Origin: a virus
Lineage: Duplodnaviria > Caudoviricetes
Direction: 5' to 3' (one strand)
Length of the DNA: 61,895 bases
Virus record (IMG/VR): IMGVR_UViG_3300035564_000051
Location: 1 to 61,895 of that record
Shown in pieces: positions 48,635 through 58,975 of this stretch (positions are counted from its first letter, which is position 1; each line of letters opens with the position of its first letter). The position numbers were made by a program, and so were the translations under genes. The notes under the pieces were generated by a model. That model made no database searches. It saw only the letters and a list, made by a program, of their open reading frames with translations, and was not told the DNA's origin.

Positions 48635-49960
48635 ATGGCAGACGAACTCATAGACCTTCATCAATCCGATGCCCTTGAAGATGCGATCCGCATTCAGGGT
48701 AAGGCCGAACCAGTTTCCGGAATGACTCAACCCGCAGAACTGGAAAGAAAAGAAGCCGGTCTGCCGCCGGTAGTTCCGGCCCCCGTCGTCACCGAACCGG
48801 AGAAGAAGGAACCCGAAGTCAAGCCCGAGCCCGTCGTCCTTGAGGACTTGGAAAAGAAGCTCGCCACGGGAACCGAAGCGCTCACCGCCGACGAGCAGGC
48901 CGTTGTCGATGACATCAAGAAAAAGGAAGAGGATGCTGCCGCGGAAGCTGCAAAGAAGGAAGCTGAAACCAAAGCCGACCTCGGCAAGATCACTCACAAC
49001 ATCGGTGGAAAGAATTACAGCTTCGAGGAACTCGAAAAGAAAGCCCGAGAGGAAATGAAGTTCGGCAATGTGGACCTCTCCGTTGAAGCCAGAAAGAATC
49101 TCGTTGAAACCTATGTCAAGGCCGCCAACCGTTCCGATGCTGCCTACGCAGTCGGTGAGCGCCAGAAAGCCGTTGCCGCCGAACGAAAGCAGCTCGATGC
49201 AGAGAAGCTCGCTGCCAAGGCTGCCCTGGACACGACAAACGCACGGCTGAAGGCTCAACAGGAGATGCTCGCAACTCAGCGCACCCAGATGGAAAAGCGC
49301 AAGGTTAATCTGGAGAAAGCCGCGAAGAGCACCATCACCGAAGAGGAAACATTCAACGAGGAAACAGGCCGCCCGAACCTCGCCAAGCAAGCCGAATACA
49401 TGGAAAAGATTCGCGCCGAAAAGGAACTCGCCGCGCTTGCTGAAGAAGAAGAACAAGTTACAGCGGAGTCCGCGAAGCTCGAAGAGGCAGCCCTGCGGAA
49501 TCAGATCGACGAACTTGTCTTTGAGCACCCGCAGTACAAGACATCAGAGGATATAAACGAAGTATCGAAGAAAATGAGGTCCGGGGGTAATGTCACACCT
49601 GAAGATGCAGCGAGAGTGCTGGCGCTGATCGGCATGGTGACGACGGCTTCTACAATGAAGCTCCCACTAAAGACTGTCTATGAGTCACAGAAACTCATGG
49701 GGCAGACATTACCGGAAGAGGCCGCACAGACGACCAAACTGGAAGATTTGCCAGCATTACCAAAACCAAATCAATCTGCGGCTGACATGATTAGACGTCA
49801 TCGCGAACGTCTTGCAAAAGCCCCCGCATCACTCGGAGGCGGAGGTACCGGAGGCCAGCGCGGTTCCGGCAAAGTCTCCCGTGCAGCGGAAATGATCGCT
49901 GAGAGTGCCGAGATCATGGGGCATGACAATGATGCGCGCGAAGTGAACAAGCTGTTTTAG
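48635..49960 (+). CDS. Capsid scaffolding protein
   Basis: Acidic Glu/Ala/Lys coiled coil directly upstream of the capsid gene; SD AGGAG. Confidence 0.75.
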   Translation: MADELIDLHQSDALEDAIRIQGKAEPVSGMTQPAELERKEAGLPPVVPAPVVTEPEKKEPEVKPEPVVLEDLEKKLATGTEALTADEQAVVDDIKKKEEDAAAEAAKKEAETKADLGKITHNIGGKNYSFEELEKKAREEMKFGNVDLSVEARKNLVETYVKAANRSDAAYAVGERQKAVAAERKQLDAEKLAAKAALDTTNARLKAQQEMLATQRTQMEKRKVNLEKAAKSTITEEETFNEETGRPNLAKQAEYMEKIRAEKELAALAEEEEQVTAESAKLEEAALRNQIDELVFEHPQYKTSEDINEVSKKMRSGGNVTPEDAARVLALIGMVTTASTMKLPLKTVYESQKLMGQTLPEEAAQTTKLEDLPALPKPNQSAADMIRRHRERLAKAPASLGGGGTGGQRGSGKVSRAAEMIAESAEIMGHDNDAREVNKLF

Positions 49961-50018
49961 TCAGTCTCAGAGCTTTCCAGTTAAAGCAAAATACATCTGA
50001 AAGGATGGTTTGTTGAAT

Positions 50019-51197
50019 ATGGCCCTTCCAGTGCCAGTAGTTTACGGTGCTCGTACAATGGATTCGTCCGTTGTCACGACCGAAAGGGTTGACTTCTCAA
50101 CGGAGTTGACCAAGGATCACGAGAGCGAAGCCGTGCTCATTACGCTCTTGAACAAAATGAAATCCCAGAAGGTCAAGACGCATGACTTCAAGTATGCCGT
50201 CCAGCGGTTTGCGCCAACCAAGTCAACGGTTGTCACTGGCGCAGCGGCGGGATCTTCTGTCGATGCAATCATCACAATCGTTTTGACAGCAGCCGAGGCA
50301 GTCTATTTCCTGCCCGAAGATGTGATCGAAATTCAGCCACACGTTGATGATGCCACGTACACCTGGCAACTCCGTGTGGTCACTTCCGACGGCTCGGCAA
50401 CGATCACAGCCCGACCGTACAATCACACGCTGTATAGCGGTGTAGTCTCCGTCGGCGATACCGTCCAGATCATCAGCTCTGCAATGGGTGAGAAGTCCGA
50501 TGGAAGAGATTCTCGTCAGACTGTGCCAACGGTCAACACGCAGTATTGCCTCTCTCAAGAGGACTACTACGATGTGACGCGAATCGTTGACGTTGACGAT
50601 CAGTACACCGGCCCCGAGCGCGCTCGTCTGCGGGAAGAGTGCCGCATAAAGCACTTGATGGACGCTGAACGTGCCGGGTTCTTCCTGAAGAAAGCCGCCG
50701 ATCCGTACACCACGGGCAGTTATCGGTATCAGCCCGATGGTCTGTACGCTCTCTTGGGCGATAACCTGCTTGAATACAGCACCGCGCTGACGGACGACAA
50801 GCTGTATGACTTCATGCTCAAGATTCACAACCCGGCGTACTCCGGTGGCATGAAGCGGATTGTTCTCTCATCCGGCCAGTTGCTCGGATGGATCAACAAG
50901 ATCGCATCTCCGAAGATCCGCATTACCCCGCGCGATTCAACCTGGGGTCCGCAGATTTCGGAAGTTCAGTTCGCAGGCAAGGTATGGAGCTTCGTTGAAG
51001 CGCCTGTTCTGTCCGCAATGCGGCCCGGAGAGGGCATTGTCATTCAGCCGATGTTCCTGAAGAAACGCGTTCACACGCCCACGGTCTATGAACAGAACGT
51101 GCAAACCCGAATTGCCAAGTACTACAAGGACGGATTCTACTCAGTGTGGGCTCCGCAATACACGCTGGTGGAAACGGGTGGAACGATTCGTCCGTAA
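50019..51197 (+). CDS. Major capsid protein (HK97 fold; SU10/DUF5309-like, with insertion domain)
   Basis: About 390 aa after the scaffold; NTQYC...YYDVT, KHLMDAERAGFF, DGLYA pattern. Confidence 0.78.
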   Translation: MALPVPVVYGARTMDSSVVTTERVDFSTELTKDHESEAVLITLLNKMKSQKVKTHDFKYAVQRFAPTKSTVVTGAAAGSSVDAIITIVLTAAEAVYFLPEDVIEIQPHVDDATYTWQLRVVTSDGSATITARPYNHTLYSGVVSVGDTVQIISSAMGEKSDGRDSRQTVPTVNTQYCLSQEDYYDVTRIVDVDDQYTGPERARLREECRIKHLMDAERAGFFLKKAADPYTTGSYRYQPDGLYALLGDNLLEYSTALTDDKLYDFMLKIHNPAYSGGMKRIVLSSGQLLGWINKIASPKIRITPRDSTWGPQISEVQFAGKVWSFVEAPVLSAMRPGEGIVIQPMFLKKRVHTPTVYEQNVQTRIAKYYKDGFYSVWAPQYTLVETGGTIRP

Positions 51198-51229
51198 TCA
51201 TTCACGCATTAAAATGAAAGGTCACTCAC

Positions 51230-51625
51230 ATGAGTGCCAACAAAATGTATCACTTCGAGGCTTCTTCTTCCGGCGCACTGTTCTATATCCCGGATGGAAA
51301 CGGCAAAGAAATCAAGCTGGATTTCTCCAACGGTCACTGCGCTGTCGTTCTATCGGCAGAGGAACTGGCGGAGGTAAAGAAATACCGATCATACGGCGGA
51401 GCCTTTGCCTTGCAGGGCAAGCTCAAGAACCCTGCCAGTGGACATCAGGTGCAGGTAATCATCTCCAAAGGTGCATCACCGGGAGCGCCGCCGCCATCGA
51501 CATCGCTTGAAACGAACCTCACCGATGCCGAGGAACTCGAAGAGCAGAGAGCAGAAACCGCGCGTATCCAAATGGCTCTTGCACAGCAAGAAGCCGAAGA
51601 GAAGGCGCGGAACAAGAAACCGTAG
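51230..51625 (+). CDS. Hypothetical protein (post-capsid)
   Basis: Position; charged C-terminal helix. Confidence 0.6.
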   Translation: MSANKMYHFEASSSGALFYIPDGNGKEIKLDFSNGHCAVVLSAEELAEVKKYRSYGGAFALQGKLKNPASGHQVQVIISKGASPGAPPPSTSLETNLTDAEELEEQRAETARIQMALAQQEAEEKARNKKP

Positions 51626-51671
51626 CAAAACGAACCGTTCTATCAATCGTCATCTGAAAGGATGAAATGCA

Positions 51672-52244
51672 ATGAAACACATTATGAAACTCACAGCTCT
51701 CCTTGTCGTGCTTGCCTTGTTTGCGACCCCTGTGTTGATGGGTCAGGCGCAGTACAGGGTAGGCTACAAGATTATGACGGCAAAGGATGGGTGGACCTAC
51801 TACCGCTTCAGCGGGACGTTCATCTCGGCTACCGATACATTCTACTGCCCGGTGGCATCGCCCTTGCCAATCGGAATCAATGACACGATCAAGTTCGTTG
51901 TCAACCTTCAGACCGCGGCCTACTCTGCCACGCAGGACTCCATCAAGGTCTCGCTGGATTACCAGTGGTCGAGCTCTGACTTCTTGACTGCATCAGGTCA
52001 AACCGAAGCGGCTGTTGGCACGAGAGCATCACTCTTGTACGACTCGACTGCACAGGCCAATACTCTCTATAAGCTAAAGACAGCGGTTGTCGGCCATGAT
52101 GTTCTCAATGGTGGCTCTGCTCAACCCTTCAGCAGATTTAGGGTCCGGGGGGTGGCCGCTGCCACCGGCGGAGTTGCCAACCGAATTGGGGTTAAGTGGA
52201 TTCTCGATGTCATAGTCCCGAAGAAGTTGCCAGTGGTCCAGTAG
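51672..52244 (+). CDS. Signal-peptide-bearing beta-rich protein, capsid-decoration position
   Basis: MKHIMKLTALLVVLALFATPVLMGQAQ; D-S/T motifs DTF, DTI, DSI, DST. Confidence 0.7.
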   Translation: MKHIMKLTALLVVLALFATPVLMGQAQYRVGYKIMTAKDGWTYYRFSGTFISATDTFYCPVASPLPIGINDTIKFVVNLQTAAYSATQDSIKVSLDYQWSSSDFLTASGQTEAAVGTRASLLYDSTAQANTLYKLKTAVVGHDVLNGGSAQPFSRFRVRGVAAATGGVANRIGVKWILDVIVPKKLPVVQ

Positions 52245-52260
52245 CAGAAACTCAGGTGAT

Positions 52261-52334
52261 GGGCCCGGTCGAAACAGTTAGACTAACTCCTTCTTCTGAT
52301 TGTTTCTGTGCCCTGACCGGGCCTGTCTTCTTTT
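52261..52334 (+). terminator. Long bulged hairpin with U-rich tail closing the capsid unit
   Basis: GGGCCCGGTC/GACCGGGCCT and GAAACAGTTAGA/TCTGATTGTTTC, then TCTTCTTTT. Confidence 0.6.
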
Positions 52335-52352
52335 GTCGAATGAGGAAACACC

Positions 52353-53237
52353 ATGAATAGCGATTATCTCGTACGAGCCATAGCATCACATAGCATCTGG
52401 AAAAAACTGGGGAGCACTCCCGAGAAAGACCGGATCTACCTTGCCGGAACCTTCGCTCAGAAGGAGGTTCTGAACGAACTGAAATTGCTCGAACAGGTAG
52501 GCAATCTGGTGCTCGTCTCCGGTCAGGAGCGCTATCAGTTTCCACCCATTGCAATCACGGGCGGAACGGCTACGACTCCGATTCAACTTACAATCACCGG
52601 ACATCTATTCAACACAGGTGATACGGTGGTTATTACCGGGGTAAGTGGTCTTACGGGCGCAAACGGCAAATGGTCTACGATCACGAAGGTCGATGCAAAT
52701 ACAATTTCCCTTGACGGTTCAATCGGTGGAGGCACTTACACCGCAGCCACAGGCATAGCCTACCACATCCTGAGTGCAGCGGGCGATGTCAAGATGATTC
52801 GCAAAACCGGAAGCGCGACAGGACGCATACCGGAGATTTCACTCGTACAGTCAGAAACCGAGCGCGCTGATTTCGGTTCTCTGAACTCGGATGCCTCACA
52901 AGTAGGCGGTCACTATGTCATCTACGACGACCCTTTGATCCTCGGCTTTCGGGGCACTCCAGGAGCGACGATTCCAACAGAACTAACGATCTATCGCATT
53001 CCACTTCCATCGGAAGACATCAGCGCGACGGTTAATCCGATCATACCCGCGCAGTATGACAAACTCCTGTACAGGGCAACGCTCTACCATGTCTTTGACT
53101 TGATGGACGATCCCGCCTCAGAAGAAGTTCAAGCTCTTGCACTTTCAAAGTATGAGCAGGAGAAAGAGCGCGTCCGCAGCACGATGGGCGATAACAGACT
53201 TATTAAGCAAGAAGATTCAGACACACTTATCCTCTAG
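52353..53237 (+). CDS. Head-tail adaptor-like protein with inserted FCCH-like beta domain
   Basis: Helical termini (IPAQYDKLLYRA...YEQEK) around ITGHLFNTGDTVVITGVSG...ITKVDANTISLDG. Confidence 0.6.
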   Translation: MNSDYLVRAIASHSIWKKLGSTPEKDRIYLAGTFAQKEVLNELKLLEQVGNLVLVSGQERYQFPPIAITGGTATTPIQLTITGHLFNTGDTVVITGVSGLTGANGKWSTITKVDANTISLDGSIGGGTYTAATGIAYHILSAAGDVKMIRKTGSATGRIPEISLVQSETERADFGSLNSDASQVGGHYVIYDDPLILGFRGTPGATIPTELTIYRIPLPSEDISATVNPIIPAQYDKLLYRATLYHVFDLMDDPASEEVQALALSKYEQEKERVRSTMGDNRLIKQEDSDTLIL

Positions 53238-53251
53238 AGGAGGAATGCAAC

Positions 53252-53824
53252 ATGAAAAAGATTCTCTGTATCTCAATCCTGCTTCTGGTCATCTCGACCA
53301 TAGCCTTCTCTCAGGTCTATTGGAACCGCGTCGAGTTCCGGCGAGTCCCAAACCTGACCGCCTATACCATCGGTGATGTTGTCGGTCCAGACACGACCTC
53401 GGGAGCCTCCAATCTTTTCGCTCTTACAGGTCTCTCGCCGTCAGGTGGAGGCTATATCACAGGAATCAGACTGACAGCCGACACAGCGGTTGTCGCAACC
53501 GCAAGGTTCCGAATCTACTGGTACGCCGACACCGTGGGAAATGCCCGTCCACTGGACAACGCCGCATTTGTCCGAAGCATGAAAGAGGATAGTCTGATCT
53601 TCGCCTATACCGACCTCAATCTGCTCTCAATAGCTGGCACGGGCTCGGGCACTACGACCGCAGCGATTGATACAACCTTGAGTACGCCGATTCCTGTTCG
53701 CACGGTCAAGTTGACGACAGCTAAAATGTCTCAGACCTTCTTTGCCCGTATCGTTGCTATTGCTGCATACACACCGGCATTCAAAGGTAGGTTTCGGCTC
53801 GAAGTGTTTGTCAAACCAAACTAG
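53252..53824 (+). CDS. Signal-peptide-bearing beta-rich protein
   Basis: MKKILCISILLLVISTIAFS|Q; 5 of 8 Asp lie in D-(S/T)-(T/A/V/L). Confidence 0.72.
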   Translation: MKKILCISILLLVISTIAFSQVYWNRVEFRRVPNLTAYTIGDVVGPDTTSGASNLFALTGLSPSGGGYITGIRLTADTAVVATARFRIYWYADTVGNARPLDNAAFVRSMKEDSLIFAYTDLNLLSIAGTGSGTTTAAIDTTLSTPIPVRTVKLTTAKMSQTFFARIVAIAAYTPAFKGRFRLEVFVKPN

Positions 53825-53838
53825 GGGTCAGCAAAGCG

Positions 53839-54720
53839 ATGACAACCTATCTCAATAATCTTATCCTTGCCGCTGCAAGAAAGCTGAAGGACGAACGCAC
53901 CTCTGCCGCCTCATCGGATGATACGGGTCATGTGTATTCCTCTGCTCTCTTGACCGAGTATGCCAACCGCGCCGTGAGGGACTATCTGGCCGCCGAACTG
54001 AACAGTCTGGGGATAAAAGCCTTCACCCGTAAATATCCTGAGTACGTCAAACAGTCAAGCGCTCTCTCGCTTTCAAGTGGTTCAGTGGCTAAACCCGCGG
54101 ACGCGCTATTCGTCTTTGACCTGGTGCTGAGTGATCTGTCATTAAGGTTCGATCCCATTTCTCAGGAGAATGTTGCCCAGGCTCTCGCCGGTGAAGCAGG
54201 GCTCGGCGCTCCAAGCGCAACTCATCCAGGGTTCTATGAAGAATCTGGGAATATCAAGACCCTCGGAGTAACCTCGGGAACCGTGCTGGCGCGCTACATC
54301 AGTGTTCACCCCGATCTTGCAGTCATCACCACAGCCACAAGCGTTGGGATAATCTACACCACAGCCGCGAATCTCACATGGACAGCCGCAACGAAACTCT
54401 TGACCGTCGATGGTGAACTTCATCTTTTCGACACCATAGATCCCACCAACCAGATAATTCAGTTCTGGAAAAGCGGTGTGGTCTATACCGGACGAGTTTC
54501 GAGCTATCACATAACAATCGGTGGAGACGCAGAGGTTTATGTTCAGGGCGAGGCTCTCCCGGCAACTGATATTACTCCATCGAGCCTTCTCGGGCTTGCT
54601 ATAAGCGGACACGGCCCGGAAGCTGATGACTTGAAGTTGAACGAGCAATGGCACGGCGAAATCTTAGAGCGCATGGTTCAAATGGGCCAAGCCGATGCAG
54701 AACGATTAACGCAGCAATAG
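53839..54720 (+). CDS. Putative tail ring/adaptor protein
   Basis: Helical N- and C-termini (LTEYANRA; LNEQWHGEILE) around a beta core. No signal peptide. Confidence 0.55.
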   Translation: MTTYLNNLILAAARKLKDERTSAASSDDTGHVYSSALLTEYANRAVRDYLAAELNSLGIKAFTRKYPEYVKQSSALSLSSGSVAKPADALFVFDLVLSDLSLRFDPISQENVAQALAGEAGLGAPSATHPGFYEESGNIKTLGVTSGTVLARYISVHPDLAVITTATSVGIIYTTAANLTWTAATKLLTVDGELHLFDTIDPTNQIIQFWKSGVVYTGRVSSYHITIGGDAEVYVQGEALPATDITPSSLLGLAISGHGPEADDLKLNEQWHGEILERMVQMGQADAERLTQQ

Positions 54721-54739
54721 CCCAGGAGGGTGATTCACA

Positions 54740-55681
54740 ATGCGTAACTACACAACCTTTCTCGAACTCGATACCGAATGCCAGCGCGCCGCGCAGATCA
54801 ACGCCGACCAAATTCAATCGGCAGTCAGGCAGAGGATCATCAACCATGCCATCTACCAGACCTACGGCCTATTGGATGGAGCGAATCATCCATGGTGGAG
54901 GCGCATCATCAGCCTTGCAAGCTCTACTGACCTTGAGTTTCTGGCTGATTCAACGGTAAACAGTGGACTGCTGACCGCTTTGGATGCAAGCGCTCACACC
55001 ATCACCCGCAGCAATGGCGCTTTTGCCGCAGGTCAGTTGCTTGACATCGTGCTTGTCTTACGGTCAACCGGAGCCCGCGTTGCCCAGTATAAAGCGTTGG
55101 TGGTCTCGGGAACATCCACCTGCATCTACTCAGTCATTGGTTCTGTGACGGGAACAGAGACAACCTATGCTTCGGCAACGCATTGCTTATATGTGACGGG
55201 CCTCAAGAAATTCTCTGCCACCAGTTACGACCTCTCGTCATGGTACATCAAGGACATCATCAGGGTCTTCGACAACGCAGGCACGGGTGGAAAAGAACGC
55301 TCATTCCGGCAGATAATGGACTCGAAAATCTTCGGCTCTGTCTGGGACGATCCTTTCCATGTCAATGAGGTAGCTGTCTATCACGGCGGCGACACGCTGT
55401 ATTTTGATGTCGGCTCATCGGCTTCGGCGCTCTCACTGGTTCAGGCAGAAGTCACCATCAAGCCGGGAATCTACACCGATGCGACAAAGAACACACCGGT
55501 TGATTATCCGCCTGACGAAAATGGAACGGTCAAAGACCTCGTTGTTGCTGAATACCTGAGAGAGACCGGGGGAACACCGTCAGACAGCTTGCAGAAGTCG
55601 TTGGCTCTGATTCAGAAGCGCACCGAGCAGGCACAAGCCGACCGGATGAAAACAATGGAACTCCGGGGGAAATCCGAGTAG
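54740..55681 (+). CDS. Putative tail ring/adaptor protein
   Basis: Same architecture (RIINHAI ... VDYPPDE). No signal peptide. Confidence 0.55.
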   Translation: MRNYTTFLELDTECQRAAQINADQIQSAVRQRIINHAIYQTYGLLDGANHPWWRRIISLASSTDLEFLADSTVNSGLLTALDASAHTITRSNGAFAAGQLLDIVLVLRSTGARVAQYKALVVSGTSTCIYSVIGSVTGTETTYASATHCLYVTGLKKFSATSYDLSSWYIKDIIRVFDNAGTGGKERSFRQIMDSKIFGSVWDDPFHVNEVAVYHGGDTLYFDVGSSASALSLVQAEVTIKPGIYTDATKNTPVDYPPDENGTVKDLVVAEYLRETGGTPSDSLQKSLALIQKRTEQAQADRMKTMELRGKSE

Positions 55682-58600
55682 ATGCCTTCTCCACTCCATA
55701 ATGCGTTTCTGGGTCACAAACCAGACGTAGCAAACCCGCCTTTTAACTCCGCGAAGGCAGGACAGAATTACTCCATCCATCGTCACCGCGACCGTGAAAA
55801 CAAAATCGCTGGCTGGATTGAGCAATCAGACGGGTACGCGAAGAAGTTCTCCGCACTCCCGGCGAATGACTTGGCTATCAAGAAGATTGCGAACATCTCC
55901 TATCAAGATATTTACAATCTCTGGATTCCAGACCACGGCGGCCAGAATGTCACCGTTGTAGTAGCCACCTACACCAAAACAGGCTATGAACTCGCAACTC
56001 TTACCGGAACCGCTTGGGCCGTTGCTGGTGGCAGTCTCACCAAAGTCACCGGCACAGGAACCAAGTTTCTAACCGAGACCGCACCGGGTTCAAACATACT
56101 TCTTGATTCAACGCAGAAGGTAGTTCTCTCGGTCACAAGCGATACCGAACTGTATGTCACTGTGGCCTTCGGTGGAGCCGCAAGCGGAACGTCTCTTGCC
56201 GGTTCAGCTGTCATTAACCGTTTTGGAATCTTTATCAGACCCTATTGGAACGGCTCGACATGGATTGATGAATGGTTTGAAACAACCGAGATGATGATAT
56301 TCGAGATTGACAGTCTCGGAACGGGGGATGGTTCTGCGTTCTTAAATTCTTCCGGGTGGGTTGTTGATGGTCTTGGGTTCTGGTCCGGCAGTTTTGCCGC
56401 TGGCTGGACTCACTCAGCTCTTGGGGGCGCGGGAAGTACCGATCCACTCACACAAACGACCGCCGCGGTGAATGCAACATACTACGACATCTCCTGGACA
56501 GTCACAGGTCGAACCAATGGCTCATTCACGATTGCCTTTGGTGGTAATACGATCTCGGGCTTGACCGCAACCGGCACTCAGAGAATCAAATCATCTTCCA
56601 CGGGAAATCTTGTCATTACCCCGACATCGAACTTTGATGGGAAAATTGTCTTCTCCATCATCACCGAAGGCAATGTGAAGAAAATATATCTGGATGACAT
56701 CACCTCATCCAAGTATCACTTCCCAACCATTGACTCTGGCGCAACAGTATTCAAAACCGACTACTTCAAGAACTGGACGATTGTTGACCGGGATTTCCAC
56801 GGCGGCGACAATTACGAACTGGTAGCCGCGTCCGGTTACGACGGCTCTCAGTACTATCTTGGGCTGATTCACCCCAACAACGAATTCTATTCAGCTTGGA
56901 CCGCAGGCGACAAGTTGCTCGTCTATCGCTCGCTGCTGGAACTAACCTCAACGGGAACTGAAAAGCAACTCCCATCATCCATAGACTCATTCATCTACGG
57001 ACTCTTATCTGAGGCGCGCCTTACAACGGGAAACGATACAACCGATGTGGTGCTCTCACTGGCAAGCAAGACAACCGCATTCACCACGATCAGCACTCAC
57101 ACCTCAGATCCCTATGTAAAAACCATTGACGAGGTAATCGCAGGACCGGGAGTATTGGACATCTGGAAGTATGCTGCCGTCATCTCCTTTGAACCCACCC
57201 CGATTCCAGATGCAGCCGGACTCCCTGCGGGAACGTATTATCTCAAACATTCAATCGTGATGGATGATGGAAGCGAGACCGCGCTGTACGATTCACCCTC
57301 GGAAGTTGGCGGCTCTCCCGCAGATTGGTCGGGCACGAACTTCCTGACGCTGACAGAAGCATCAAACATCAAGATATATGCTCATCGCAGTTGGGGAACA
57401 CTTCCGGCTAGAGGCCGATTCCTGAGATGCTACGTCAGTGATGACAATGTGTATTTCTACAAGATGAAAGACTTCGATCTGAGAAGCTCTACACTCTTCG
57501 ACGCTGCTGCAATGCGCGGCATATCGCTTCTTGGTGGACAACACTACTTTGCGGTTGGTTACGCCGGATACCTCTTGACAGACCTTGATTGGTCCGCCGC
57601 CACGGGCGATTCCGGCATAGAAGCAACCGCGCAAATTGGAAGAAAGATTGATGATACAGGAGTTATTCAATTCAAAGCCGCCACAGTTGCAGGCCGCATC
57701 TGCTATGCTATCGGTGTAAGAAAAGATGCCACGGTCTCACCGAACACAATCTTTGCCAGCCTCCAGACGGGCGATGGCGCACCGGCGCGGGATGTTTTCG
57801 GACTCGTTGCCAACAACATGATTGACCTGGAATATGGTGACGGGGATGAACTGGCTGGCATCTACTCAAAGGGTGATGTAGTTCTCGCATGGAAACGCCA
57901 AAGGCTCATGTCGGTTCGTGAGGGCTCGGATGCTAACGGAAAAGTAGTCTATCTCGCGGACACGATCACTCAGGCCGATGGACTATGCAGCAGAAGGTCA
58001 ATAGTTGGTTTCGAGGATGTCATCTACTGGGCAGGTTACAACGGGATCTACTCGTACTCATCTCAGGGTGTACTCACACTCAACCGTGATTGGCTCGAAG
58101 AATGGAAAGCGGTCGATGTCGCGTACAAGGAAACAGCAGTAGCCAGCTTCGATCGTACCAACCGGCAGTATAGGATCGCCTACAATGGTCTTGAACGCTT
58201 GCTTGACATTGACACTGGAGAATGGACCCCCGGAGTTCCAACCGATCAACCGGCGGTATTTGCCGCCAACCAACGGCTCGGCACGGTGGATTTCCTCTCG
58301 GGCAGTCTGATTCAAACCCTCGGCTCCGGAACACGGCATGACGGTGTAAACTTCAGCATGGAGTATTTCAATAACGATTTTCTTGCACATCAACTAGACC
58401 CTAAGGGTCGCGCAACTCAGAATTGGGATGTCTTGCTATATGATGTGCGCGTTGCATACAACTCTAGTGTTGCGCTCACGCTGACTCTTTACCGGGACGG
58501 CATTGCACAAAGCCCCGTCGCGGGCGCAGCAGGGAACGGCTCAGTCACAATCAAAGCAGGGAAATCATTCCGTTGCAAAAAGTTTGGCCTTAAGATTATA

Positions 58601-58975
58601 GCCACAACGACCGCTGATAACCAGGTAGTCCAAATAAAAGAGATTCAACCGCGCTATGATCTAATTCCAACCGGAGTCTCTACACCAGCCTTTGCAAGTG
58701 AAGGCACTGCCGCAGCCATAGATCAGCGTCCAATGGCACTGGCCGATATAAGATCAGGCAAATACAACCTGACTGCCGGAGTGCTCACGACGGTTCCGTA
58801 CTCATATCCGTTCTCAGTTGCAGTAGGAACCGACTACCAACTCAAAGCCGATGTGTACAACAATGCTGGCGAGTGGATCATGTCCGCCGAAGCATCAAAT
58901 CAAACCCGAAATGGATTCGACATCACAAGCCCCGAGGATGGGTATGTTCGCTATATCGCCGCGTCAAATCAGTAA
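55682..58975 (+). CDS. Tail nozzle / tubular protein B-like (beta-propeller) with inserted domains
   Basis: 1097 aa; DGLCSRRSIVGFEDVIYWAGYNGIYSY propeller pattern; podovirus position. Confidence 0.65.
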   Translation: MPSPLHNAFLGHKPDVANPPFNSAKAGQNYSIHRHRDRENKIAGWIEQSDGYAKKFSALPANDLAIKKIANISYQDIYNLWIPDHGGQNVTVVVATYTKTGYELATLTGTAWAVAGGSLTKVTGTGTKFLTETAPGSNILLDSTQKVVLSVTSDTELYVTVAFGGAASGTSLAGSAVINRFGIFIRPYWNGSTWIDEWFETTEMMIFEIDSLGTGDGSAFLNSSGWVVDGLGFWSGSFAAGWTHSALGGAGSTDPLTQTTAAVNATYYDISWTVTGRTNGSFTIAFGGNTISGLTATGTQRIKSSSTGNLVITPTSNFDGKIVFSIITEGNVKKIYLDDITSSKYHFPTIDSGATVFKTDYFKNWTIVDRDFHGGDNYELVAASGYDGSQYYLGLIHPNNEFYSAWTAGDKLLVYRSLLELTSTGTEKQLPSSIDSFIYGLLSEARLTTGNDTTDVVLSLASKTTAFTTISTHTSDPYVKTIDEVIAGPGVLDIWKYAAVISFEPTPIPDAAGLPAGTYYLKHSIVMDDGSETALYDSPSEVGGSPADWSGTNFLTLTEASNIKIYAHRSWGTLPARGRFLRCYVSDDNVYFYKMKDFDLRSSTLFDAAAMRGISLLGGQHYFAVGYAGYLLTDLDWSAATGDSGIEATAQIGRKIDDTGVIQFKAATVAGRICYAIGVRKDATVSPNTIFASLQTGDGAPARDVFGLVANNMIDLEYGDGDELAGIYSKGDVVLAWKRQRLMSVREGSDANGKVVYLADTITQADGLCSRRSIVGFEDVIYWAGYNGIYSYSSQGVLTLNRDWLEEWKAVDVAYKETAVASFDRTNRQYRIAYNGLERLLDIDTGEWTPGVPTDQPAVFAANQRLGTVDFLSGSLIQTLGSGTRHDGVNFSMEYFNNDFLAHQLDPKGRATQNWDVLLYDVRVAYNSSVALTLTLYRDGIAQSPVAGAAGNGSVTIKAGKSFRCKKFGLKIIATTTADNQVVQIKEIQPRYDLIPTGVSTPAFASEGTAAAIDQRPMALADIRSGKYNLTAGVLTTVPYSYPFSVAVGTDYQLKADVYNNAGEWIMSAEASNQTRNGFDITSPEDGYVRYIAASNQ

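Noticed and set aside
48470-49528. Long minus-strand ORFs (also 22864-23547, 45583-46179, 50223-50828)
   Set aside because: Antisense shadows of well-supported + strand genes with biased codon usage.
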